Below are positions 55,104 through 64,000 of a stretch of 64,000 nucleotides of DNA, in pieces. Under the pieces are notes generated by a model, which was not told the origin of the DNA, did not search any database, and saw only the letters and a program-made list of their open reading frames with translations. Both the position numbers and the translations under genes were made by a program. The stretch covers positions 8,496 through 72,495 of IMG/VR virus record IMGVR_UViG_3300002920_000061. One strand, written 5' to 3'. Origin of the DNA: a virus. Each line of letters opens with the position of its first letter. Within the stretch, counting starts at the first letter, position 1.

Positions 55104-56144
55104 ATGTCTATCAATGAAGTGTTCGGTGAAGCAAAGTTTGGTGGGAGCAAAACTAACTGGTTTAAGTTTCCAAAAGAAGGCGGGAGCCTGATTCTTAGAA
55201 TCTTGCCTCCATATGGATCTTTGCGAAAATCAGGACGTTGGAATCATTATTACGCTGTCCATTTTGGATATCGTGATACTAAAGGAAATCTACGCCCTTT
55301 TCAGAGCTGCGAAGTTATCAACCGCCGTACTAATATGGTAGAGGTGGTTGACCCTGCTGTTGAGCGCATCAAGAAAATCAAGATGGCACAAGACAAGGCT
55401 AGGCTAGAGGGTAATGAGGAGCTTGTAAAAAAGCTTGGTGAACAGCTTAAGATTTTCAATCTTAAAAAGGCTTACTACATGAACGTTATGGATCTTCAAG
55501 GTAAGATCGGAGTTATCTCTATTCCTTATCGAATGAAAGAAGCATTGGACGCTGAGATCAAAAGCCTTCAGGCTAAAGGTATAAATCCTATTAGTATTGA
55601 CGATGGTCGTTTTTTTGTATTCACACGAACAGGATTTGGCCCCAACACCTCACACAAGGTGTCTGTGTATAAAGAAGAAGTTATGATGAACGGTATGCGA
55701 GTTGAAGTTGACAAGAAGCATGCTTTGACGGCTGATGTAGCTGAGCGTATACAGACAGAAGGTGCTGATCTTGGCAAACTTTACATTGCTCCTACACCTG
55801 AAGAGATTGCCCAAATCGTATCAGGAGATGCTAGAGCTTTGGAAGAAGTTTTTGCCAAATACCGTGCGTTAGATAACAACTATGATGGATACGACGGATC
55901 TGAAGAAGGAGATAGCAGCTCAACAAGTGCTCATGATTCTTCTTACAACTCTGTTCAATCAGTAGCTTCTTCAACAGCAGCTATCATAGCTCAAGCTGTA
56001 GCTCAAAAGGTTGAGCAAACAGTGACCCAACCTGTAGTTGAAACAAAGCAGGAAGCAACTAATGCCAAGGTCGCAGATATTTCTTCTCAGGATCTTGCTA
56101 ATATGTCTACAGAAGAATTCTTAAAGAGTTTAGGGTTACAATAA
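55104..56144 (+). CDS. Single-stranded DNA-binding protein (T4 gp32-like)
   Basis: WFK..ILRILPP..VHFG..YYMNV..G..F...RTG; low-complexity acidic tail. Confidence 0.75.
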   Translation: MSINEVFGEAKFGGSKTNWFKFPKEGGSLILRILPPYGSLRKSGRWNHYYAVHFGYRDTKGNLRPFQSCEVINRRTNMVEVVDPAVERIKKIKMAQDKARLEGNEELVKKLGEQLKIFNLKKAYYMNVMDLQGKIGVISIPYRMKEALDAEIKSLQAKGINPISIDDGRFFVFTRTGFGPNTSHKVSVYKEEVMMNGMRVEVDKKHALTADVAERIQTEGADLGKLYIAPTPEEIAQIVSGDARALEEVFAKYRALDNNYDGYDGSEEGDSSSTSAHDSSYNSVQSVASSTAAIIAQAVAQKVEQTVTQPVVETKQEATNAKVADISSQDLANMSTEEFLKSLGLQ

Positions 56145-56147
56145 AAA

Positions 56148-56702
56148 ATGAGCAATCACTCCATACCCACCAATACATTTAACAAGGACCATATTGAGGT
56201 GGTCCTCCCTGCGTTTCGAGGATTGGATGCGGTTACTATTAACCTAACAGCGCTAAAAGAAGCAGAGCGTAGGCTGATTGAGGCAAAAACAGTGACACCT
56301 TCCACATACACAGAACTTGAGTATGTGATGGGAGAAGCTTATCGAGAGATCAAAAGGAACCTAGCTACAATTGGCTATCAGATTCTTAAAACCGAAAACG
56401 AGCTGGAGAAATCAAAAGCCTCAGCTCTTTTGGATAGGTATCCAGCCTTTTTAGAGGGCAAGCCTTCTAAATTTGATAATGCGGCCATTAGGGATGCTTT
56501 CTTGGCTAGGGATCCTGAGGTGCAGGAAGCAAAGGAAAGACTTGATTCTTTAAAGGCTATTGAAGTTTTTCTAGAGGGTAGAGTGAAAGTTATGGAGAAC
56601 GTTTGTCATTATATGCGTAACGCTATGCGCCTTATTATAAGAAGTGGCGTTCCAACTGATATCTACTATAATCAAATAAACAATGGAGGAAACGATGAGT
56701 AA
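56148..56702 (+). CDS. UvsY-like recombination mediator
   Basis: Long helices with AIRDAFLARDPEV; lies between the SSB and the recombinase. Confidence 0.6.
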   Translation: MSNHSIPTNTFNKDHIEVVLPAFRGLDAVTINLTALKEAERRLIEAKTVTPSTYTELEYVMGEAYREIKRNLATIGYQILKTENELEKSKASALLDRYPAFLEGKPSKFDNAAIRDAFLARDPEVQEAKERLDSLKAIEVFLEGRVKVMENVCHYMRNAMRLIIRSGVPTDIYYNQINNGGNDE

Positions 56703-57750
56703 TAAATGGACCAAAATGCTTAGGCAGTTTGAGGATGTTGTTAGATATGAATACGACGCTTTTGCGCCTGAAAACTGTATTTATACACCAAGTCCTTCGG
56801 TCAATTGGATATTTGCTAACAAATCTATGGGTATTCCCAAAGGTACAGCTACCTTGTTCTTCTCTGAACCTAAGGCAGGTAAATCTTTACTTATCCAAGG
56901 AATTGTGGGCCAGATGCACCAAGACGACCCAGAGGGTATTGCTGTCATTTTTAACACAGAAATGCGAGGTTTTATTCAGTCAGGGCTTTTTAGCTCTATA
57001 GACCAAGACCGTCTTACTGTCTATGACACCAATCGTCCTGAAGAAATTTTTGACCGTATGGAGAGAGATATATTGCCGCTTATACAGGAAGGAATGCCTC
57101 TTAGAATAGTTGCTATCGATTCATTGACCAACATAGCAGGTACTAAGTCTATGTCAGCAGATCGCTCAGTAAACGATCACCTAGTTGGCGACCATGCACT
57201 TACGGTACAGCGAGGGCTACAAAAACTCATGCCTATTATCAGAAACTACAAAATTAACCTTTTTGCCTCTGCTCAAATCAGATCAAACGTGGACGCCAAC
57301 AATCTATACGCCCCTAAAGAGAAGATGGCGGCTAGTTGGGCCGTAAAGCATGCATTTGAATACTTTGTCTCTGTCCGACGCGCAAATGCCGCAGAAGACA
57401 AGGTTGATATAGAAGGTAATAAGTTCGAAGATGATACGATAAAAGACCTGCGCGGAAATAAAGAGATTACAGGACATCGTATAGTTGTGAAAATGGATCA
57501 GTCATCTATAGGAACCGCAGGACGAAGTGGTGTTATAACCCTAGACTATTCCAAAGGTATAATTAATCAGCACGAAGAAATCTTTTACTTGGGCTATAAC
57601 ACTGGCGTTATAAAAAGAGAAGGTACAAGCAATTATGTATTTGGTGATTTAAAAATAAATGGCAAAGCAAACTTTGCTAAACAAATTAAGGAAGATAGCA
57701 CGCTTGCTAGTAGGATTTTAAAAGAGATTCGTAAGCTTGATGAAAAGTAA
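56695..57750 (+). CDS. RecA/UvsX-like recombinase
   Basis: TPSPSVNW..GIPKG..SEPKAGKS, VAIDSLT, AQIR. Confidence 0.88.
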   Translation: MSNKWTKMLRQFEDVVRYEYDAFAPENCIYTPSPSVNWIFANKSMGIPKGTATLFFSEPKAGKSLLIQGIVGQMHQDDPEGIAVIFNTEMRGFIQSGLFSSIDQDRLTVYDTNRPEEIFDRMERDILPLIQEGMPLRIVAIDSLTNIAGTKSMSADRSVNDHLVGDHALTVQRGLQKLMPIIRNYKINLFASAQIRSNVDANNLYAPKEKMAASWAVKHAFEYFVSVRRANAAEDKVDIEGNKFEDDTIKDLRGNKEITGHRIVVKMDQSSIGTAGRSGVITLDYSKGIINQHEEIFYLGYNTGVIKREGTSNYVFGDLKINGKANFAKQIKEDSTLASRILKEIRKLDEK

Positions 57751-57808
57751 GGTCACTTATTAGCGATTGTAGATAAATGTTTTTAACCAAATAACAGTGA
57801 GGTGGGCT

Positions 57809-58825
57809 ATGCAGCAGCAATACAAAAGACCATTGCCAGCAGGTCATGAAAAAGTGACCTACCAAGACCATCTAGAGCTTAGATATCTGCGTTGGGACTA
57901 CTTGGTAAAGGTTGCCAATCCTGACGAGGTTTTACTACAAAGTAAGGATAGGATTGTTCGCTACGCTGCACGACGTGCCTACTACAAATATCTTCACGAA
58001 TTTAGCTTCATGAATATGGAGCTTGAGGATGTTGAAAACATTGCGCGTGTCTACACTGTAAGCTACTTAGGGCTATACTCTATGGATAAAGACCAAGCTA
58101 AACGTAAGCGTTTTAAGGACACGTTTCAGAATGAAAAAAAGCGTGAGGCTTCAAAAGAAGATATAGATAAAAAGGACAACTACTCTCTCATGGCTTTTTT
58201 GGAACAAAGATTACTAGAATGTGCTCACGTACTTAGACAGTATTGTAAGGGTGAAGCAGGGTTCACCTACAACTGTGTATTTTATAGGGTATCAGGAAAT
58301 TGTTGGCCCACAGATGACGAACTGATACAAACACCTAGTAGGTATGGTTGGGCCCGTCTGCCTTGGTCTGAGTTCACTAAAATACGTGATATGTTTGTAA
58401 CGATGGCCCCGGGATACTCAATAGAGATCAATGGTAAACTATACAGGATAGCGGCACCTAACACGTCTATCGTATCCCAAAATGAAAATACTTCAATGCT
58501 TATCGAGACAGTGGACAACTCCCCTATGACTCCAGAAGAGGAGATAATAGATAGAGAAGAAAAGAGAACGCGCAAAGTCACTGTAAAAGGTGTAACCTTA
58601 GAAATTTCATTACAAGAAAGACTCTCAAGACTTGTGGAACTATATAAGAAGCGAGCTCCAGAACAACAGATGCGCATACTTGAGTTATTTATGAAATGGC
58701 TAAAAAGACGAAACGGTGATCAGAAAGAGATGCAAGAAGAGATTAATCAGGTTAGACGCATGATATATAATTTAAAGAAGAAAATAGCAAAATCGAAGAG
58801 TGCTAATAATTTAGATAAAAACTGA
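57809..58825 (+). CDS. Hypothetical protein, possibly a very divergent sigma region-2-like factor
   Basis: IVRYAARRAY..MELEDVENIARVY..FLEQRL; GAGGTG RBS before ATG 57809. Confidence 0.4.
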   Translation: MQQQYKRPLPAGHEKVTYQDHLELRYLRWDYLVKVANPDEVLLQSKDRIVRYAARRAYYKYLHEFSFMNMELEDVENIARVYTVSYLGLYSMDKDQAKRKRFKDTFQNEKKREASKEDIDKKDNYSLMAFLEQRLLECAHVLRQYCKGEAGFTYNCVFYRVSGNCWPTDDELIQTPSRYGWARLPWSEFTKIRDMFVTMAPGYSIEINGKLYRIAAPNTSIVSQNENTSMLIETVDNSPMTPEEEIIDREEKRTRKVTVKGVTLEISLQERLSRLVELYKKRAPEQQMRILELFMKWLKRRNGDQKEMQEEINQVRRMIYNLKKKIAKSKSANNLDKN

Positions 58826-58850
58826 CTGCTTAAGCACAATAATATATATC

Positions 58851-58880
58851 TTGCAAGGTAGGAAAGAATTTTGATATGAT
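58851..58880 (+). promoter_or_regulatory. Promoter TTGCAA-18-TATGAT (extended -10)
   Basis: Intergenic, upstream of the helicase operon. Confidence 0.65.
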
Positions 58881-58891
58881 GGAATTTTGAG

Positions 58892-59560
58892 ATGAAAAGC
58901 TTAGGCCAGATTATCAAAAAATGGGGAGAGGCAAATCTCACCGATTTCAAAGGGACAGGAACAAACATCCATCCTGACGACCAAGAAATGGCATTTGCTA
59001 TCCTTTTTGATGAAGCTGTGGCCAATGGCTTTACTCTTGCAGATATTCGTAGGCGAGAAAGAGATATTCTAAACTTTTGTGTGCCAGAAAACCCAAAAGC
59101 TATGAGCTATGGTTTCTTTTTCCATAGCATGAGAAGATATAAACAGATTCTTGAGCTTAAGTTTCCAAATGAAAACCATGATTGGGACTTATACGAAAGA
59201 ACCAAAGAGCTTGCAAAGAGTTTTGGGATAAAGGTACCAGAGAAAAAGCAAAAGAATATCATAAAAAGAAGAAGAATCATAATAGAAGACGATAACAATC
59301 TTCCTGTAGAGAATGAAGTATCGCCTACTCCAATTGATGATACTTTATCTGCAAAGAAAGCTTCAAAAGAACAGAGAGAGAAACTTAGACAAGAAATAAT
59401 TGCTAAACAGTTAAAAGAAGAGCTGATTGATCCAGAGAAAGCACTTAGTGAAATATATAGGCTTTCTGAGGAAGAGATTGAAGAGAATTTTATTCCTGAT
59501 TTAGACCCAGAGGTGCAGAAGTTGTTGGGTCTGAATGATAAAGGGGAACTTATTAAATGA
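58892..59560 (+). CDS. Hypothetical protein upstream of the helicase
   Basis: ATGA-coupled to the DnaB-like gene. Confidence 0.65.
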   Translation: MKSLGQIIKKWGEANLTDFKGTGTNIHPDDQEMAFAILFDEAVANGFTLADIRRRERDILNFCVPENPKAMSYGFFFHSMRRYKQILELKFPNENHDWDLYERTKELAKSFGIKVPEKKQKNIIKRRRIIIEDDNNLPVENEVSPTPIDDTLSAKKASKEQREKLRQEIIAKQLKEELIDPEKALSEIYRLSEEEIEENFIPDLDPEVQKLLGLNDKGELIK

Positions 59561-60705
59561 GCGAGCAGCAAATTAAACTATCTCCTGAAGAGCAGGCTAA
59601 GAAACTTAGTGAGTTTAAGCAAAAAGAGCTTGAAGTTAAAGCTGCTAGACTAGAAAGAGAATACCAAAGAATGGTTCGAGATAGGAGCCAAGCTCAGGAT
59701 CTCGAAAAACTCACTTTTGATATAACAGATGTTTATATAAAGAAGATATTGGAGAAAAATAATAAGAAATTTAAAAGCGCAGATAAGAAAATGCAGTTAA
59801 TCCATGGATTGCCAGAGCTTAGCGTTCCAATCCCTTTCTATGCTGGCGAGATGATATTAATGGGTGCTAGAACAGGCACAGGTAAAACCACGGCTTGTGT
59901 TAACATTGCATACTCATTGATCAGACAAGGGAAAAAACCGATTGTTATAACAAACGAGGAATCTACAGAAGATTTTATTAACCGTTTAGCGGCTTTATTT
60001 CTTGAGAAAAGATATGCGAATCTAGAAAAGCTAGATCAGGAAACAAGAGATAGGATAAACGGTATTGTTCCTAAATTGTTAAAATTGGTGCGTGTGATAG
60101 ATGCTGACTTTGCAAAAATGAATGGACTTAATATTGAAAAACTTACAAACTCAATCGAAGGTCTTAAGTTTATAGAGAAGAAGCTTTTACAGGAAGCTAA
60201 TCAGGGTAATGTTTTTGATGCTATCATCATAGATTACTACCAGAAGTTTAACTTTTCTATAGAGAATCCAGAAATGAGGCCATACGAATGTCAGGAACAA
60301 GCTGCGGCCATTATAGAGAATTTGCGAGTTAACTACCCAGCCCCTATTATTATGTTTGTACAGATGAGCGATGGGAAAGATGACGAAGACGGAAATGATG
60401 CGCCTTTTGAGCACAGGATTCAAGGGCGAAAGATAATAGCCAACTACGCAACAGTGATTCTTGAGATTACAGTAAACAGAAAAGAATCGACTACAGAATT
60501 TAAGCTGCACAAAGGTCGAAACATGGAGTATATTAACGGGAAGATCAAGGTTGGATGGGACAATGGGAAATATGTAAGATTCGACAAGGAATTTATCGAA
60601 AAGGTAAACCAAAGAAAAATCGAAGCTTTTAAACAAAAAGCAGGGCTTAACGGATCTTTAAATGACGAGGAAGAAAAAGAAGAGAATCATGGATACAAAC
60701 TTTAG
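59557..60705 (+). CDS. DnaB-like (SF4) replicative helicase
   Basis: GARTGTGKT, ITNEE, IIIDYYQ, FVQ, HKGRN. Confidence 0.85.
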   Translation: MSEQQIKLSPEEQAKKLSEFKQKELEVKAARLEREYQRMVRDRSQAQDLEKLTFDITDVYIKKILEKNNKKFKSADKKMQLIHGLPELSVPIPFYAGEMILMGARTGTGKTTACVNIAYSLIRQGKKPIVITNEESTEDFINRLAALFLEKRYANLEKLDQETRDRINGIVPKLLKLVRVIDADFAKMNGLNIEKLTNSIEGLKFIEKKLLQEANQGNVFDAIIIDYYQKFNFSIENPEMRPYECQEQAAAIIENLRVNYPAPIIMFVQMSDGKDDEDGNDAPFEHRIQGRKIIANYATVILEITVNRKESTTEFKLHKGRNMEYINGKIKVGWDNGKYVRFDKEFIEKVNQRKIEAFKQKAGLNGSLNDEEEKEENHGYKL

Positions 60706-60779
60706 CTTATTAATAGGGCTATATGATAATATATGGTAGCTGTTAAAACTTTTAAGTATCCTAAAATATAGGAGCTAAA

Positions 60780-61643
60780 GTGAATCCAAGCGGGCAAAAA
60801 CAACTAGATATTATGTTTGAGCCTGATGAGCAGGTGTGTGTAAGTCCAGATGGCTATGGGTGGATGAGTATTCCTTTGTCTGAAATTTCCATGGGTTCTT
60901 TTGTCCTAACACCTCAAACAGATAGGATGCGGCCCAGATTCTGCACTCCACAAGATATTCAACTTGTTGCAATAAACCCAATAGTAGGGGCAAGAAGAGA
61001 CGAGAACGTAACGGCTTATCGAACCTTTATGGTGGAGCTTGATGAAGGCAGCCTTAGCGAACAGTTTCAATATGTAAAAGATATGGGTATGCCCTACTCT
61101 ATATGTGTTTTCTCAGGCGGTAAATCGCTACATTTTGCGATCACACTAACCAAACCACTTCCAGACTCCAAGATCTGGAGGTTTTATTCTGAATGGATAT
61201 TATCCATAATGTCTAGGGCTGACCAACAAACGAAAAACCCATCTCGTAGCATCCGTATGGCAGGAAACTATCGAAACGGTATTGAAATGAAGCTTATAGA
61301 CTGCAAGGGCCGTATAGAACTTGAAGAACTTACAAACTGGCTATCTAAATATCTAGGGCTTGCACCTAAAAAAGAGGAGCGAAAGGTCCCACTAAGCTCA
61401 GATACCCCCGGAGATATTATGTGGCTGCCAGTATGGGTACAAAACGAGTTAACAAGGGGTATAGATAAGTCTAAGGGCCGAAACAACCGATGGTTTGCTA
61501 TAGGCATACAATGTGGTTTGTTAGGCTGGTCAGAAGATGATACAATACGTACGTTGAGTTATTTTTTCTCAGAAGAAGAAGATTTTAGAAGACGTGAATG
61601 GGAAACGGCTGTTAGAAGTGGTGTAAAAAAAGCTAGGAGCTAA
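60780..61643 (+). CDS. Archaeo-eukaryotic-type primase with PriCT-like C-terminus
   Basis: MVELDE, FSGGKSLH, KNPSRSIR, GRNNRWF. Confidence 0.8.
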   Translation: MNPSGQKQLDIMFEPDEQVCVSPDGYGWMSIPLSEISMGSFVLTPQTDRMRPRFCTPQDIQLVAINPIVGARRDENVTAYRTFMVELDEGSLSEQFQYVKDMGMPYSICVFSGGKSLHFAITLTKPLPDSKIWRFYSEWILSIMSRADQQTKNPSRSIRMAGNYRNGIEMKLIDCKGRIELEELTNWLSKYLGLAPKKEERKVPLSSDTPGDIMWLPVWVQNELTRGIDKSKGRNNRWFAIGIQCGLLGWSEDDTIRTLSYFFSEEEDFRRREWETAVRSGVKKARS

Positions 61644-61648
61644 GTGAA

Positions 61649-62200
61649 ATGATTAGAGATGAGGAAATTGAAAGACTTGTTCACTACGCCAAAGGACTTG
61701 GTGTAGAAGTCGTTTTTTCTAGAAAAGATAGTGGCAACACCTCTGCTCAGTGGGCTCTGGATGGAAGCCAAATAACTATATTTGTCAATAAACAAGATTC
61801 AAAAACCGATATGATTCTATCGTTGATTCATGAAATTGGCCATCATGTGTGGTTTATTCATGAAAAGAATAGACAACCAGACCTTAAGTTTAGTGAAGCT
61901 ATATCAGTACAGAATCTAGTAGAGACAGAAGACAGGGATAGGCCCACACCTAAGAAGCTAAGAAAGAAAATATATGAGGTAGAGCTTGCAAGCTCTTACT
62001 GGTGGGAAACTATATACAAAGAGACCAACTTAAAGTTCCCAATATGGAAACTTTATGCGCAAAGAGAGTTTGATGTATGGGTTTACGAGCATTTTTACAA
62101 AACAGGACATTTTCCTAGTAGGGCTGAAAAAAGAGAAAAATGGAAAGCTATAAGCCAGCTACACCGACCTAAAGGCGAAACCCGTAAAAAGATAGGCTAG
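61649..62200 (+). CDS. HExxH zincin-like metallopeptidase-domain protein
   Basis: LSLIHEIGHHVW..YEVE. Confidence 0.65.
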   Translation: MIRDEEIERLVHYAKGLGVEVVFSRKDSGNTSAQWALDGSQITIFVNKQDSKTDMILSLIHEIGHHVWFIHEKNRQPDLKFSEAISVQNLVETEDRDRPTPKKLRKKIYEVELASSYWWETIYKETNLKFPIWKLYAQREFDVWVYEHFYKTGHFPSRAEKREKWKAISQLHRPKGETRKKIG

Positions 62201-62215
62201 GTAATAAGGAAACTT

Positions 62216-63232
62216 ATGACTAAGCATGGCGCAAATTCCAAGATCCAGTCTGTGGAGTATGCTAAACTCGATTTTGGCTGGGGCGACACTAGAGGACTTC
62301 GAAAAAAGCTGCTGTCTATCTACAACAATCTTAACATGATGCAAACAATGCCTCTTGAATCATATGGATACCCTCCATATGATGGAGATGCAGAGCTTGT
62401 CGATATGCTTAGAAAGCTCACCAAGATGCTCACTGGCAAAACTTACCAGCATATTTGTATAACCGCAGGCTGTACGCACGCTGTAAATGCTTCTATCTAT
62501 GCCCTTGCAGGGAGCCAGACTAGAAGTGTAAATACACGAAAACCCTACTACCCACGTTATCCAGACATGATAGGACTGACACCCTATACCCATCAAACAT
62601 GGGACCTTTGTCACACAAAAAATTGCATCGTTATTGTTGATAGTCCTTCAAATCCACTAGGTTTGATAGGTCATGACCATGAATTTGCCACAGATAAGGT
62701 GATTTGGGATGCTGCCTACCACACACCAACTTATGGCATGACACTTGGTATAAGCAACGTAAATCATAGGGTTTTCTGTGGAAGCTTATCAAAGCTAACT
62801 GGAATAAATGGCATTAGGCTTGGTTGGACTGCTACAGACGAAGACGATGTACACAGACGAATTCAATTATACAACACAAACTCTGTTTGTGGTATTAGCT
62901 ACCCAAGCCAGTATATAGCCAAAGAGATACTAAAGGATGAAAACAGATTACTTATGTACTTCTTGCAATCAAGAGCATTGATTGATAATAATAGGGAAGA
63001 AGTGTTGAAATTAAAGCACATCTTTGGGCAGGATCATATATCGCCTTTTGGAATGTTTGCGTTTTTTAGAACTGATGATAGGATGGAACAAATATTTAAA
63101 AAGGCAAATGTTGAATTTACCTCTGGTAAAGAGTGTGGTGCTGATTTTCAATCTGTTCGTATTAATTTAGCCAACACTAACGAAATGACAAAAGAGATGG
63201 TGGAGAGAATAATTAAAGCTGACAGGGGATAA
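62216..63232 (+). CDS. PLP-dependent aminotransferase class I/II fold enzyme
   Basis: ITAGCTHAV, DSPSNPLG, WDAAYH, GSLSKLTGINGIRLGW, VRINL. Confidence 0.85.
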   Translation: MTKHGANSKIQSVEYAKLDFGWGDTRGLRKKLLSIYNNLNMMQTMPLESYGYPPYDGDAELVDMLRKLTKMLTGKTYQHICITAGCTHAVNASIYALAGSQTRSVNTRKPYYPRYPDMIGLTPYTHQTWDLCHTKNCIVIVDSPSNPLGLIGHDHEFATDKVIWDAAYHTPTYGMTLGISNVNHRVFCGSLSKLTGINGIRLGWTATDEDDVHRRIQLYNTNSVCGISYPSQYIAKEILKDENRLLMYFLQSRALIDNNREEVLKLKHIFGQDHISPFGMFAFFRTDDRMEQIFKKANVEFTSGKECGADFQSVRINLANTNEMTKEMVERIIKADRG

Positions 63233-63358
63233 ATTCGTAGTGCGCAGATTGAACATTGGTCAGTGCGTATTGTCATATAGGTATTTGTGATAAAATATAG
63301 AAAGGAGATGCGGGTTGTAAGTGCCAATAATAATACCGATATCCCGCAGACAAAGAAT

Positions 63359-64000
63359 ATGAAAGTGAGATTAATAGCTAAAACAGTAATTAGTGATGAA
63401 GACCTTGAAAAGGCACTAGGTTCTATAAGTCCTGAAAATCTTATTATGTACTGTGCCAGAGTTTCAAATCCCAAAAACCAAACTTCTAATAATCCTAAGC
63501 TTATAGACTATTGTATTCGTAACGGTCACTGGTCAGTGTTTGAAATGGCGCACATGACAGTAGAAATTACTACTAGTAGAGCTATTGCCGCCCAGATTCT
63601 TAGGCACCGTTCTTTTTCCTTCCAAGAATTCTCTCAACGCTATGCAGAAGTTCAGGAATTTGAAACCTACCCAGCTAGGCGGCAAGATAGTAAAAATAGG
63701 CAGAATTCTATAGATGATATGAGCCAAGAAGATAAGCAATGGTTTGACAACGCCCAAAAACAAGTTCAAAACTTAGCTATGAACTTATATAAAGAAGCCT
63801 TAGCGAAAAGTATTGCTAAAGAGCAGGCTAGATTTCTGCTGCCTTTGAGCACTCAAACTAAATTATACATGACTGGTAATATACGTTCGTGGATTCATTA
63901 TTTACAGCTTCGTTCTGGCAATGGCACTCAAAAAGAACATCAGGAAATAGCTATTGCAATTCGTGAGATTTTCGTAAAGGAATTGCCTATTATAGCCCAA
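63359..64000 (+). CDS. thyX: FAD-dependent thymidylate synthase, partial (runs off the window end)
   Basis: My translation gives [38 protein letters not shown]. In-frame upstream ATG at 63308. Not in the ORF track. Confidence 0.95.
   Translation, partial: MKVRLIAKTVISDEDLEKALGSISPENLIMYCARVSNPKNQTSNNPKLIDYCIRNGHWSVFEMAHMTVEITTSRAIAAQILRHRSFSFQEFSQRYAEVQEFETYPARRQDSKNRQNSIDDMSQEDKQWFDNAQKQVQNLAMNLYKEALAKSIAKEQARFLLPLSTQTKLYMTGNIRSWIHYLQLRSGNGTQKEHQEIAIAIREIFVKELPIIAQ

Noticed and set aside
502-63769. The many 60-150 aa ORFs nested within or antisense to long genes
   Set aside because: Shadow ORFs with no RBS or recognisable motifs.
1-64000. Stop-codon reassignment
   Set aside because: Genes are full length under code 11, and TAA, TAG and TGA all end tightly packed ORFs.
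1-64000. tRNA, tmRNA or group I/II introns
   Set aside because: No cloverleaf or intron core motifs seen in the intergenic gaps; terL, nrdA, nrdB and the MCP are uninterrupted. A tRNAscan/Infernal run would be needed to exclude them formally.

Overview
A 64-kb segment of a large lytic myovirus with a contractile tail and the standard genetic code. No tRNA, rRNA or CRISPR array was seen. The left half (1-32.7 kb, mostly minus strand) is the morphogenesis region: GroEL-like chaperonin, TerL, portal, MuF, M15 peptidase, adaptor and neck proteins, prohead protease polyprotein, sheath, tube, scaffold and a major capsid protein of the phage K/A511/SPO1 (Herelleviridae-like) type. Two endonuclease-GNAT genes, one truncated remnant and a dTMP kinase island are interspersed. 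The right half (plus strand) covers replication, recombination and nucleotide metabolism: SF2 helicase, sigma factor, GroES-like, Mre11/Rad50-like pair, class I RNR, T5 A1-like protein, DnaQ, intein-bearing DnaE, gp32/UvsY/UvsX-like genes, DnaB, AEP primase, PLP aminotransferase and ThyX. Most notable: (1) an orphan mCpol-like (minimal Cas10 palm) nucleotide-cyclase gene in the virion module, ending in a candidate -1 frameshift signal (C CCA AAG plus H-type pseudoknot) that would add 69 aa; (2) further enzyme-like cargo domains in head-module proteins, separated by K-S/K-A motifs; (3) three copies of a ~160-175 nt structured non-coding element, each at the same register behind a promoter; (4) a sigma factor lacking region 4.2, a separate acidic sigma-4.2-like protein, and a -10-only late promoter motif YAATCTTW. 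All family calls come from motif recognition by eye; no searches were run.
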